Origin: Thermodesulfobacteriota bacterium | GTDB taxonomy: Bacteria > Desulfobacterota > QYQD01 | Direction: 5' to 3' | Assembly: GCA_040754095.1 (NCBI GenBank) | Contig: JBFMFO010000004.1 | Location: 3,475 to 67,474, forward strand | DNA: 64,000 bases | Part shown: positions 18,671 through 27,897 of the stretch, piece after piece | Position numbering within the stretch: the first letter of the stretch is position 1 | Layout: the number at the start of each line of letters is the position of its first letter | The notes under the pieces: model-generated | The model's database searches: none | What the model saw: only the letters and a program-made list of their open reading frames with translations | Told to the model about the DNA's origin: nothing | Made by a program: the position numbers and the translations under genes

Positions 18671-19009
18671 ATGAGCAAGCTCGATCCTATTACTCCCGGC
18701 GAGATTCTCTTGGAAGAGTTTCTAAAACCTATGAGTCTTAGCCAGTACCGCTTGGCCAAGGAAATTGGCGTTCCTGCTCAGCGTATCAGTGAGATTGTCG
18801 CAGGCAAGCGTTCGATCACAGCCGATACTGATTTACGGTTGTGCCGGTTTTTTGGTTTGTCCAACGGCTATTGGTTGCGCGCTCAGGCTGCCCACGACAC
18901 GGAGGTTGCAGAACGCACCCTTGGCCCATCGCTAAAGAAAATCAAACCCTGGGCTGCGTCTGCGGCCCAACAAGGCGCTCCAGCAGATGCTCGCACCTCG
19001 CACGGCTGA
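18671..19009 (+). CDS. higA: HigA-type HTH (XRE) antitoxin
   Basis: 112 aa: ITPGEILLEEFLKPMSLSQYRLAKEIGVPAQRISEIVAGKRSITADTDLRLCRFFG. Confidence 0.8.
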   Translation: MSKLDPITPGEILLEEFLKPMSLSQYRLAKEIGVPAQRISEIVAGKRSITADTDLRLCRFFGLSNGYWLRAQAAHDTEVAERTLGPSLKKIKPWAASAAQQGAPADARTSHG

Positions 19010-19041
19010 GCTTTTCGTGCGGATCGAATACGGATTTTGAC

Positions 19042-19905
19042 CTAAGGCGTAGCCTTCGCAGCCGCTTGTCCGGCTTTTTCCCTCAGTTCCCTCACCTTGG
19101 CCTGCAATACCTCGTCCTTGAGCTTGACCGCCTCTGCCCCGAAAAGGGCGGACTTCAGCCAGTCAAACCCAAATTTCATCAGCTCTAAGTCATCCTTTTT
19201 TATTTTTGCTATAGTTTCATCGCTTATATTATATTTTTCCAGAAATGAGCTTTCAAAAACAAACCGCCTGAATTTATCAATATCCGAATAGACCATAAAG
19301 AACATCTGTAGGGCCTGTTGGCTAAGCTCAGCAGTAGGACCATAGGATTTTTTCCTGAGGATAATCTCCATCCAGCCTCTATTCATTTCATCATATATAT
19401 CCACACCCTGGTCTTTTCTCCATTCTTCTATGGTCCATTCCTTATCTTCCTGAAACCCGAGGCAGTGATTCTCTTTAACCATGAAATAGAAATCCTCTTC
19501 CCTGACACTCGCCTCATTCTTCTCTTTAAACGTAGTCCTGCCCACGGGATAGTACCTGCAGGTTGAAGGGCGATCGGAATATATCGTACAACCCTCCGGG
19601 GTTACAAACGGACAGCGTTCGTCTTTCCCCTCAAGCATCTTTAAGGTAATTACCGGAAGCTGGGTATGGCCGAGGAATTCAAGCTTGGTGTATTTTGAAA
19701 GAAACTCTTCTGAGGACATACCAAGGCGATTTTTGATGCGAATTATGTCATAGGGCGGCAAGATTATATTGATGCCACGGCAGCAAAGGGTAAAACATTT
19801 TACGCCCTTATGGCATCGGAACCTAAACCGGCTGTCAGGGGTATATTTAGTCGGTTCTATCATGGATTTTTCTACAGGCCTTTGTCTTGTTTTTTGCTCT
19901 TCCAT
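19042..19905 (-). CDS. YkgJ/UPF0153-family Cys-cluster protein
   Basis: 287 aa: CHKGVKCFTLCCRG and CPFVTPEGCTIYSDRPSTCRYYP signature. Confidence 0.6.
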   Translation of the reverse strand: MEEQKTRQRPVEKSMIEPTKYTPDSRFRFRCHKGVKCFTLCCRGINIILPPYDIIRIKNRLGMSSEEFLSKYTKLEFLGHTQLPVITLKMLEGKDERCPFVTPEGCTIYSDRPSTCRYYPVGRTTFKEKNEASVREEDFYFMVKENHCLGFQEDKEWTIEEWRKDQGVDIYDEMNRGWMEIILRKKSYGPTAELSQQALQMFFMVYSDIDKFRRFVFESSFLEKYNISDETIAKIKKDDLELMKFGFDWLKSALFGAEAVKLKDEVLQAKVRELREKAGQAAAKATP

Positions 19906-20067
19906 ATATCCTACCTTTAAAAGACTATTGATCCGTAAAAACTACCTTAATAACGGCTTAGTGTAAAGGATATTTTTCCCGGCATAGCTTTCTAAGCCCG
20001 GGTCCGGTAATAGCATACGTTTCGGATGGCTATATGCTTCTTATGCCTATTATGTGGGCATTTTTTC

Positions 20068-20096
20068 TTGACAAATTAAAGCCCTGGCCATATAGT
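20068..20096 (+). promoter_or_regulatory. dcw cluster promoter (TTGACA-17-TATAGT)
   Basis: TTGACA 20068-20073, 17-nt spacer, TATAGT 20091-20096, directly upstream of mraZ. Confidence 0.5.
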
Positions 20097-20128
20097 GGCG
20101 AAAAGGGGAGTAAAGTGGATTAAAGTGG
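20094..20128 (+). promoter_or_regulatory. three direct AGTGG(G) repeats, candidate MraZ boxes
   Basis: AGTGG at 20094, 20114 and 20124 (TAAAGTGG twice, 10 bp apart), between the promoter and mraZ. MraZ is known to bind GTGGG-type direct repeats in its own promoter. Confidence 0.4.
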
Positions 20129-20158
20129 GGCAAAATCTATTTCGGAGGCAGAAATAGG

Positions 20159-20599
20159 GTGTTTCGTGGCAGGTCAACACATACCCTGGATAGTAAGGGC
20201 CGCTTAATTATCCCGGCGCGGTTTCGCGAGGTTCTCAGGGCCGGGTACGATGACCGCCTTATTATAACCAATCTCCACCGTTGCTTAGTAGCCTACCCTT
20301 TTGAAGAGTGGCGGCTGATTGAGAATAAAACGGCTTCTCTATCTGCCATAGACGAGAATGTCAAGGCCTTTTTAAGGTTGTTTATCTCCGGCGCTGTGGA
20401 ATGCCCGCTGGACCGGCAGGGGAGGGTCCTCATTCCTCCCAGCCTTCGTGAATATGCAGACCTGAATAAAGAGATTGTATTAGCCGGGATGCTTAAAAAC
20501 TTTGAGATATGGGATAAGGCCCTATGGGATGAGGAGATCAGTAAATCCCGGGAGAATTATCCGCAACTGAGTGCAACATTAGCCCAGATTGGGATTTAA
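20159..20599 (+). CDS. mraZ: transcriptional regulator MraZ
   Basis: 146 aa: FRGRSTHTLDSKGRLIIPARFRE; second repeat with LIPPSLREYADL. Confidence 0.9.
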   Translation: MFRGRSTHTLDSKGRLIIPARFREVLRAGYDDRLIITNLHRCLVAYPFEEWRLIENKTASLSAIDENVKAFLRLFISGAVECPLDRQGRVLIPPSLREYADLNKEIVLAGMLKNFEIWDKALWDEEISKSRENYPQLSATLAQIGI

Positions 20600-20618
20600 T
20601 TTTGACCCTGGAAAACCC

Positions 20619-21533
20619 GTGACCAGATGGCATGTACCCGTTATGCGTGAGGAAGTCCTTCATCATCTGGACTGTCATCCTGGCGGCATATATGTTGACG
20701 GAACCGTAGGCATGGGAGGCCACGCCGCGGCTATATTGGAAAGAATCAAACCTGATGGGATATTGCTTGGTATTGACTGGGATGAGGACTCTCTGCATAT
20801 AGCGCGTGAGCATTTAGCCCCTTTCGGCAACCGTGTTATCCTGGTAAAAGGGAATTTTGCCGACCTGCCGCTTATAGCGCAAGAGCTGAAGATTGAAAAG
20901 GTTGACGGGGTACTGCTGGATCTGGGTATTTCTTCTTATCATCTGGAGCAGAGCGGCCGGGGGTTCAGCTTTAAACAGGATGAAATACTTGATATGCGCA
21001 TAGACAAACAAAATCCATTGACCGCCCGGCATATTGTTAACCGGTTTCCTGAGAGAGAACTGGAGAAGATTATAAGGGAATTCGGAGAAGAAAGGTGGGC
21101 GCGAAGGATTGCCAAGGTAATCAGCCGGCAGCGGGAAAGAGAGCCGCTTAATACCGCCGTACAACTGGCTTCGCTGGTTGCTTCGGCCATACCGCGCAAG
21201 TTCCATCCTGTCAATATTCATCCGGCCACACGCACCTTCCAGGCCTTGCGGATTGCAGTCAACCGGGAATTAGAAAATCTGGATCGCGCAATAAAAGGTG
21301 TTGTCAGCTTCCTCAAGCCAGGGGGAAGACTTTGTATTATTTCCTTTCACTCCCTCGAAGATAGAATTGTCAAAAGAAAATTTCAGGAGATGGAACAGAC
21401 CGGACTCATGGGTGAACGGCCTGTGCTGCGTCGGATTACACGTAAACCCGTTATTCCGTCACCTGAGGAATGTGCCGCTAACCCACGGGCCCGCAGCGCT
21501 AAATTAAGAGTGGCGGAGCGACTCGCGGCTTAA
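20619..21533 (+). CDS. rsmH: 16S rRNA (cytosine1402-N4)-methyltransferase RsmH
   Basis: HVPVMREEVLHHLDCHPGGIYVDGTVGMGGHAAAIL aligns to the RsmH N-terminus. Likely GTG start at 20619; the track ORF starts at TTG 20589. Confidence 0.85.
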   Translation: MTRWHVPVMREEVLHHLDCHPGGIYVDGTVGMGGHAAAILERIKPDGILLGIDWDEDSLHIAREHLAPFGNRVILVKGNFADLPLIAQELKIEKVDGVLLDLGISSYHLEQSGRGFSFKQDEILDMRIDKQNPLTARHIVNRFPERELEKIIREFGEERWARRIAKVISRQREREPLNTAVQLASLVASAIPRKFHPVNIHPATRTFQALRIAVNRELENLDRAIKGVVSFLKPGGRLCIISFHSLEDRIVKRKFQEMEQTGLMGERPVLRRITRKPVIPSPEECAANPRARSAKLRVAERLAA

Positions 21534-21546
21534 AGGAGGAGTAAGC

Positions 21547-21900
21547 ATGTCTAATGTTTCTACCATTCGCTTGCCTAAAAGGGCGTTTATCGGAAACCTG
21601 ACCGTCGGAAAGAAAGCCAAACACAAGACTGCCAAGTTATCATTGTCCGGCGGGAAAATTGCCCTGGCGTGCAGCCTGGCGATATGTCTCCTGTCACTTG
21701 CGGCATTAGGACGCACGATCACAGAAAGCGAGTCACAGGGAGTCGTTGCCGAGAAACAAAACAAGAAACTTTTAAGCGAAAATCACAGGTTACAGCAGGA
21801 ATGGAAAAGTCTAAAATCTCCGGTACGGATAGAACAATTGGCAAAATGTGAACTGGGATTGCAACGTCCATCCAAAGAACAGCTTGTGATTATTAGATGA
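21547..21900 (+). CDS. ftsL: cell division protein FtsL-like
   Basis: 117 aa, single TM helix plus coiled coil; in the canonical position between rsmH and ftsI. Confidence 0.6.
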   Translation: MSNVSTIRLPKRAFIGNLTVGKKAKHKTAKLSLSGGKIALACSLAICLLSLAALGRTITESESQGVVAEKQNKKLLSENHRLQQEWKSLKSPVRIEQLAKCELGLQRPSKEQLVIIR

Positions 21901-23828
21901 AAAGGGAAACCGGTAAGCGTAAGAATTATGCCACCTATATTATTATCCTGGCGATCCTTATATCAGGGTCGGGCATTCTATTAGCCCGTGCCTTCCATGC
22001 AGGCGAACAGGATAAGAAAATTCCGGGGCATGGCCGCACCCTGGAACCTGCCTTATCCCTTGCTCCTTATCGAGGCGGCATTTTCGACCGGAGCTACAGA
22101 GAGCTGGCTGTAACCGCCACTGCCTATTCCGTTTATGCCCATCCTCTGGATGTTGACGATCCGGCGCAGACGGCGGCCGCCCTTTCCAACACACTCCGAA
22201 TCAACGAAAAAGACCTGCTCAAGATGCTCGAGTGTGAGAAGGCCTTTGTATGGATAGCCCGTCGTGTGGCCTCCCATCAGGCAGAGATGATAAAGAATCT
22301 CAAGCTCAAGGGCATCCATTTTATTAATGAAAACTGCCGCCTCTATCCCCGGAACAGCCTGGCCGCTCAGATTATAGGCTTTGCCGATACGGATGGTCAC
22401 GGCATAGAGGGATTGGAGTCAGCCTATGATGATCTCCTGTGCAGCACCCCTTTGTCGCTTCAGAAGAAGTGCGACGAATCAACCCGCCTGACATTCAATG
22501 GCGGGGTAACAGAGGTTAATGCCGGCAAGGGCAATAATATTATTCTGACTCTGGACAGCAACATTCAGGCCGTGGCGGAGAGGGGGTTTTGTCCGGTTCC
22601 GGCCAAAGATAATATAGTTAAAGCAGGGGCCATTATTGTCATGGATATTAAGAGCGGGGCCGTATTGGCCATGGCCAATTATCCGTCTTACAATCTTAAT
22701 ACCTTCTGGGAGGCCGATGCCTCGCTGCGCAGGAATCGGGCCGTCACTGATGTATATGAGCTGGGTGAACTGGCCGGGTTTTTTGGAACGGCGGCGGCCA
22801 TTGAAGAGCAGATTTTAAGAGAAAAATCCGGTATCCCGGTCATGCAAGGACGTGATAATGCAACACACGTGTCGCATGGAGATACAAAGGACAACGGAAA
22901 AGCTCTCTCTGAATCCCCCCAGGCCTCTTCGCCGGAGTTTCTATATAATTTTCTTCTCAAGCTCGGATTCGGCAATAAGACAGGTATCTGTCTGCCCGGC
23001 GAAAATAGCGGCACTTTGCCGCCTTATAGCCGATATAAGGACGATATATCTGCGTGTTACCGGGGTGAAGGGATAACGGCAACTCCCCTTCAGCTCATTA
23101 CTGCCTTTGGGGCTATCTTAAACCGCGGCGTCTTTATGCCGCCTCACGTGGTCTCAAAGGTAACCGACAGCGAAGGTAAGTTAATAAAAGAATATCAGTG
23201 CGCGCCGGCAAGGCAGACATGCACGCCGGAGACATCTGAGAAAATAAGCGCCATCCTTAGAAATCAGCAAGACAAAGAGGATAAAAACTTTATCTTGCTT
23301 ACAGCTTGCAATTATGTTCGGCCCCCCGCCGGTATTTCAACCGCGGATGATCCCTCTCTCGACAATTCGTCCGGGGTTGATTATATTAAATACTTATTGG
23401 GAGGCGTCCCGGCTCATAATCCTAAGGTAGCTATACTGATGGTAATCGAAGGAACCCCGGGGGAAGAGGAAGTAAGGACAAAACTAGAACACCGGATAAA
23501 AGATATAGCCTATGCCTCTCTTAGAGCATTAAGCCGTTCCCGGGCAAAAGCGCCTGGTTCATATAGAGAAAAAAAAGACTGGGGGTACACCGGAAGAGAG
23601 AATAAAGCGCAAAATAGCCGCGGGCAGGCTGCGGCCACGGCTGCAAAGGCCATGATTATGCCGAACGTACGGGGCAAATCCATGCGGGAAGCCCTGTATA
23701 TGCTCCAGGGATATGACGTCTCTCTGGTAGTCACCGGTTCCGGAGTTGCGGTTTGCCAATCACCGGCGCCGGGAACAAGGCTAAGAAAGAATTCGCGTTG
23801 TGTAATAGAATTCAAGCCGTCTTCATAG
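21897..23828 (+). CDS. ftsI: peptidoglycan D,D-transpeptidase FtsI (PBP3) with C-terminal PASTA domain
   Basis: 643 aa with a transpeptidase core. The C-terminus MIMPNVRGKSMREALYMLQGYDVSLVVTGSGVAVCQSPAPGTRL is a PASTA-like fold. Confidence 0.85.
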   Translation: MKRETGKRKNYATYIIILAILISGSGILLARAFHAGEQDKKIPGHGRTLEPALSLAPYRGGIFDRSYRELAVTATAYSVYAHPLDVDDPAQTAAALSNTLRINEKDLLKMLECEKAFVWIARRVASHQAEMIKNLKLKGIHFINENCRLYPRNSLAAQIIGFADTDGHGIEGLESAYDDLLCSTPLSLQKKCDESTRLTFNGGVTEVNAGKGNNIILTLDSNIQAVAERGFCPVPAKDNIVKAGAIIVMDIKSGAVLAMANYPSYNLNTFWEADASLRRNRAVTDVYELGELAGFFGTAAAIEEQILREKSGIPVMQGRDNATHVSHGDTKDNGKALSESPQASSPEFLYNFLLKLGFGNKTGICLPGENSGTLPPYSRYKDDISACYRGEGITATPLQLITAFGAILNRGVFMPPHVVSKVTDSEGKLIKEYQCAPARQTCTPETSEKISAILRNQQDKEDKNFILLTACNYVRPPAGISTADDPSLDNSSGVDYIKYLLGGVPAHNPKVAILMVIEGTPGEEEVRTKLEHRIKDIAYASLRALSRSRAKAPGSYREKKDWGYTGRENKAQNSRGQAAATAAKAMIMPNVRGKSMREALYMLQGYDVSLVVTGSGVAVCQSPAPGTRLRKNSRCVIEFKPSS

Positions 23829-23840
23829 AAGACAGGATTT

Positions 23841-25379
23841 TTGGATATGCTACTGACCCAATTAATAGGATCGATCGACAAAAAACTCACGGAAGGCCTG
23901 CCGGATATTGAGATTGCCGATGTCGCCTATGACTCCCGGAAGGTAAGCCAGGGGAGCCTTTTTGTGGCTATTTCCGGAGCAAAGACCGATGGGCACGCCT
24001 ATATCCATGACGCTATCAGTCGTGGGGCTAAAGCAGTGGTAGTGCAAAACGGTTTTAAACTGAATTTCACCCCTGCCGGCTTAAGCATAATCAGGGTTCC
24101 CAATACCCGCCAGGCCCTGGCCTGCATCGCCGGTGCCTACTATGGAGACATAACAAGGAGATTGTGCCTTGTGGGTATTACCGGCACTAATGGAAAGACG
24201 ACCACATCTTACCTGGTGGAATCTCTTTTAAGGGCCGCTGGTCTTTCTACCGGGGTTATCGGAACGGTCAATTATCGCTTTGGATGTGAGGTGCTGAAGG
24301 CGCCGTTCACCACGCCTGAGTCCCTGGAACTGCAAAAGCTCCTCCGCCGGATGGCTGATCAGAAGATAACGCACGTGGTCATGGAGGTGTCATCTCATGC
24401 CCTGGATCAGGAGAGGGTTGCGTCCTGCCGGTTTGATGTGGCGGTCTATACCAATTTATCTCGGGACCACCTGGATTATCATCAAGACCTGGAAGATTAT
24501 TTCCACTGTAAGGAAAGGCTGTTTACCACAGTTTTGGAGGAGAGCGGAAGGGCAAAACGACCTTACTCGGTTATCAATATCGACGACCCCTGGGGCAGGG
24601 AATTGCTCAAGACCCAGCAGGGACTTCCTTTGACCTATGGACTGAGAGGCCATGGGGCGGATATAACGGCACTGAACACGTCCTTTACCCTGGATGGGAT
24701 CGAGGCCGAGATAGTTACCCCTAAAGGGGCTTTTAACCTGCATTCAAAAATGCTCGGTGAGTACAACCTCTACAATATGCTGGCGGCTACAGGGGTAGGA
24801 ATGGCCCTGGGTCTTTCGTGCGAGGTTATAAAAAAAGGGATAGAGGCATTGAGCGCTGTGCCGGGGCGCATGGATCGCATCGACAATGATTGTAAGGCCA
24901 CGGTCCTGGTGGACTATGCCCATACCCCGGATGCCCTGGAAAAGGTCTTAAGCGCCGTACAGGCCCTTAATCCTAAAAGGCTTATCAGTGTATTTGGCTG
25001 CGGCGGTAATCGCGATCAGGGCAAGAGGCCCATTATGGGGCGGATAGCCGCCCGGTTCAGCCGGATAGTAATAATAACCTCAGACAACCCCAGGGATGAG
25101 GATCCGCTGGAGATTATCAGGCATATTGAAGAAGGAATAAAGGAATCTCCTTTGCGGCGGGTTGAGCCGGATAGCGTCCTGACAGGCCCGTCAGAGGGGG
25201 GCTATGTCATTATGCCTGACCGACGTGAGGCTATCCGACTGGCCTCGCGCCTGGCCCGGCCGGGAGATGCCGTCGTCATTGCCGGCAAAGGCCATGAAGA
25301 CTATCAGATCGTAAAAGGGAATACTTTATCCTTTGATGATCGTCTGGAGGTGAGGCATGCCTTTGGCAGTCTGTCTTGA
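23841..25379 (+). CDS. murE: UDP-N-acetylmuramoyl-L-alanyl-D-glutamate--2,6-diaminopimelate ligase
   Basis: 512 aa: GITGTNGKTTTSYL P-loop and a DNPR motif. Confidence 0.9.
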   Translation: MDMLLTQLIGSIDKKLTEGLPDIEIADVAYDSRKVSQGSLFVAISGAKTDGHAYIHDAISRGAKAVVVQNGFKLNFTPAGLSIIRVPNTRQALACIAGAYYGDITRRLCLVGITGTNGKTTTSYLVESLLRAAGLSTGVIGTVNYRFGCEVLKAPFTTPESLELQKLLRRMADQKITHVVMEVSSHALDQERVASCRFDVAVYTNLSRDHLDYHQDLEDYFHCKERLFTTVLEESGRAKRPYSVINIDDPWGRELLKTQQGLPLTYGLRGHGADITALNTSFTLDGIEAEIVTPKGAFNLHSKMLGEYNLYNMLAATGVGMALGLSCEVIKKGIEALSAVPGRMDRIDNDCKATVLVDYAHTPDALEKVLSAVQALNPKRLISVFGCGGNRDQGKRPIMGRIAARFSRIVIITSDNPRDEDPLEIIRHIEEGIKESPLRRVEPDSVLTGPSEGGYVIMPDRREAIRLASRLARPGDAVVIAGKGHEDYQIVKGNTLSFDDRLEVRHAFGSLS

Positions 25380-25392
25380 TACCGGGCGGGAT

Positions 25393-26799
25393 ATGAGAAG
25401 GCTGACGGCTTTAGATGTATTGTATGCTACAAAGGGAATGCTGCTCCAGGGCGGCACGGCCGTTTCTTTTAACCGTACAGCCATAGATTCCCGCACGGCA
25501 AAAGAAGGAGACCTTTTTCTGTGCCTGAAAGGGGAACGTTTTGACGGCCATGACTTTGTGCCGGAAGCATTAGCCAAAGGGGTAAGCGGTATTTTAGTCC
25601 GTAAAGGCTGGTGGTCTGAGCAGGCTGGCCGGAATCTTTTTACTCCGGCCGTGGTCATTGAGGCAGATGATACCTTAACCGCCCTAGGCGACATCGCCTC
25701 TTTCTGGCGCCGCGCCAATCCTGTGCAGGTGGTAGCCATTACCGGATCCAGCGGCAAGACCACCACCAAGGAGATGACCGCCGGTATCCTGGCTAAATGT
25801 TTTAATGTGGCCAAGACCATGGGCAACTTTAACAACCTCGTCGGGCTGCCTCTGTCTCTCCTGGCGGTTAAGCCCACGGATAAAGTGGCCGTCCTGGAGA
25901 TGGGCATGAACAGACTCGGAGAAATAGAACGGATGGCTCAGATTGCGAGGCCGGATATAGGGGTGATTACCAATGTGCAGATGGCTCACCTGGAGGGTCT
26001 TAAAACTATAGAAGGGGTAGCCAGGGCCAAGGGCGAACTTTATGCCGCTCTGGATGAGGAGGATACGGCCGTATTTAATGTGGATGATCCCCATGTTTCG
26101 AACCTGGCCCGAAAATGCAGGGCGCGTAAACTTGGCTTTGGGCTTGGTCCCGAGGCGGAAGTCACTGCACGGGAGATTATATGCCAGCCGGAAGGGACAC
26201 TAAGTTTCTCTTTGGTGTCACACGAAGGGGCTGCACAGGTAACCTTACAGACGCCGGCGAGACACAACATTACAAATGCCCTTGCCGCAAGCGCTGTGGC
26301 ATTGGCTATAGGAGTGGATATCAAGACTATCAAAGAAGCCCTGGAAGAATTCCATCCGGCGGCAAACCGGTTAGAGCTTATCAAACTTTCCCAGGGAATG
26401 ACCGTAATAAATGACACGTATAATGCCAATCCGGGCTCTATGCGGGCCGCCCTGGAAACCCTTAAAGAGATCAAAGGAAGCAGGCCCGGGATAGCGGTTT
26501 TGGGAGACATGTTGGAATTGGGTGAGCAGACGGCAGAGGCCCATCGCTCCATCGGAAGATATATCGCCGGGCTGGGAATAGAATATCTCATCGTTATGGG
26601 AGAGTTTGCTCCGGCTCTTATTACGGAAGGCGCTATCGAAGGCGGCATGGATAAAGGCCGTATCCTTGCCGCGTCCAGCCATGAAGAAGCAGTCAGAATA
26701 CTCAGGCAAAAGACCTCCGGCCAAGATTTTGTGCTGGTAAAAGGATCGCGTCGCATGCGGATGGAAGAGATTGTAAAAGGGCTCCGGGGAGAGGCATAA
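25393..26799 (+). CDS. murF: UDP-N-acetylmuramoyl-tripeptide--D-alanyl-D-alanine ligase
   Basis: MRRLTALDVL...LFLCLKGERFDGHDFV aligns to the MurF N-terminus; AITGSSGKTTTKEM P-loop. Confidence 0.9.
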   Translation: MRRLTALDVLYATKGMLLQGGTAVSFNRTAIDSRTAKEGDLFLCLKGERFDGHDFVPEALAKGVSGILVRKGWWSEQAGRNLFTPAVVIEADDTLTALGDIASFWRRANPVQVVAITGSSGKTTTKEMTAGILAKCFNVAKTMGNFNNLVGLPLSLLAVKPTDKVAVLEMGMNRLGEIERMAQIARPDIGVITNVQMAHLEGLKTIEGVARAKGELYAALDEEDTAVFNVDDPHVSNLARKCRARKLGFGLGPEAEVTAREIICQPEGTLSFSLVSHEGAAQVTLQTPARHNITNALAASAVALAIGVDIKTIKEALEEFHPAANRLELIKLSQGMTVINDTYNANPGSMRAALETLKEIKGSRPGIAVLGDMLELGEQTAEAHRSIGRYIAGLGIEYLIVMGEFAPALITEGAIEGGMDKGRILAASSHEEAVRILRQKTSGQDFVLVKGSRRMRMEEIVKGLRGEA

Positions 26800-27879
26800 A
26801 TGTTATATTACTTACTGTATCCCCTGCATGTATATCATACTGTTTTCAATGTCTTCCGGTATATTACCTTTCGCACTATCTACGCCACGTTGACGGCCCT
26901 TTTATTGTCTTTCCTGGTCGGGCCTTATCTGATCCGGCGGCTCAGCGAACTCCAGGTAGGGCAGTATATTCGTGAACAAGGCCCACAGTCCCACTTCTCG
27001 AAGCAGGGGACGCCCACTATGGGCGGCCTCATGATCATCTTTGTCGTGGCTGCGTCCACGCTCCTGTGGGCGGATTTAAGCAGTCATTATATCTGGTTGG
27101 TCCTGCTGGTTACCGTCGGCTTTGGCGGCATCGGGTTTATAGACGACTACCGCAAGGTAATCAAGAAGAACAACAAGGGCCTGGGCGGTCGTTACAAGCT
27201 GGCCGGACAATTGGCCATTACCCTGTTTATCGGTGTCTATCTCTATACGCATCATAATTTTGATACCCGCCTCAGCATCCCTTTTTTCAAGACCATCCGG
27301 CCTGATATCGGCTGGGCCTATATCCCCCTGGCCATAATAGTTATTGTTGGGGCATCCAATGCCGTCAATCTGACCGATGGTCTGGATGGGTTGGCCATCG
27401 GGCCGACCATCATCGCCGCTGCCACCTACCTCATTTTTGCCTACTTAACCGGGCATATTAAGATAGCCAATTATCTACAGATCGCATACGTACCGGGCGT
27501 CGGAGAGATAGCTGTATTTTGCGGGGCATTAGTAGGCGCCGGTCTGGGGTTCTTATGGTTTAACAGCTATCCGGCTCAGGTCTTTATGGGTGATGTCGGT
27601 TCGCTGGCCCTGGGGGGGGCCTTGGGGACGGTGGCCGTGATAACCAAGCACGAAATTTTGCTGGCCATTGTGGGCGGTATATTCGTGGTCGAGGCCCTGT
27701 CCGTCATCTTTCAGGTGGGATATTTTAAGGCCACCAACGGCAGGCGTATTTTCCGCATGGCCCCGCTCCACCACCACTTTGAGCTTAAAGGATGGCCGGA
27801 ACCAAAGGTCATCGTGCGCTTCTGGATTATTGCTATTCTTCTGGGATTAGTAGCCATAAGCACCCTGAAGCTGAGGTAA
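26800..27879 (+). CDS. mraY: phospho-N-acetylmuramoyl-pentapeptide transferase
   Basis: 359-aa polytopic membrane protein with [13 protein letters not shown] and HHHFE motifs. Confidence 0.9.
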   Translation: MLYYLLYPLHVYHTVFNVFRYITFRTIYATLTALLLSFLVGPYLIRRLSELQVGQYIREQGPQSHFSKQGTPTMGGLMIIFVVAASTLLWADLSSHYIWLVLLVTVGFGGIGFIDDYRKVIKKNNKGLGGRYKLAGQLAITLFIGVYLYTHHNFDTRLSIPFFKTIRPDIGWAYIPLAIIVIVGASNAVNLTDGLDGLAIGPTIIAAATYLIFAYLTGHIKIANYLQIAYVPGVGEIAVFCGALVGAGLGFLWFNSYPAQVFMGDVGSLALGGALGTVAVITKHEILLAIVGGIFVVEALSVIFQVGYFKATNGRRIFRMAPLHHHFELKGWPEPKVIVRFWIIAILLGLVAISTLKLR

Positions 27880-27897
27880 TTAAAGGATACATCAGGT

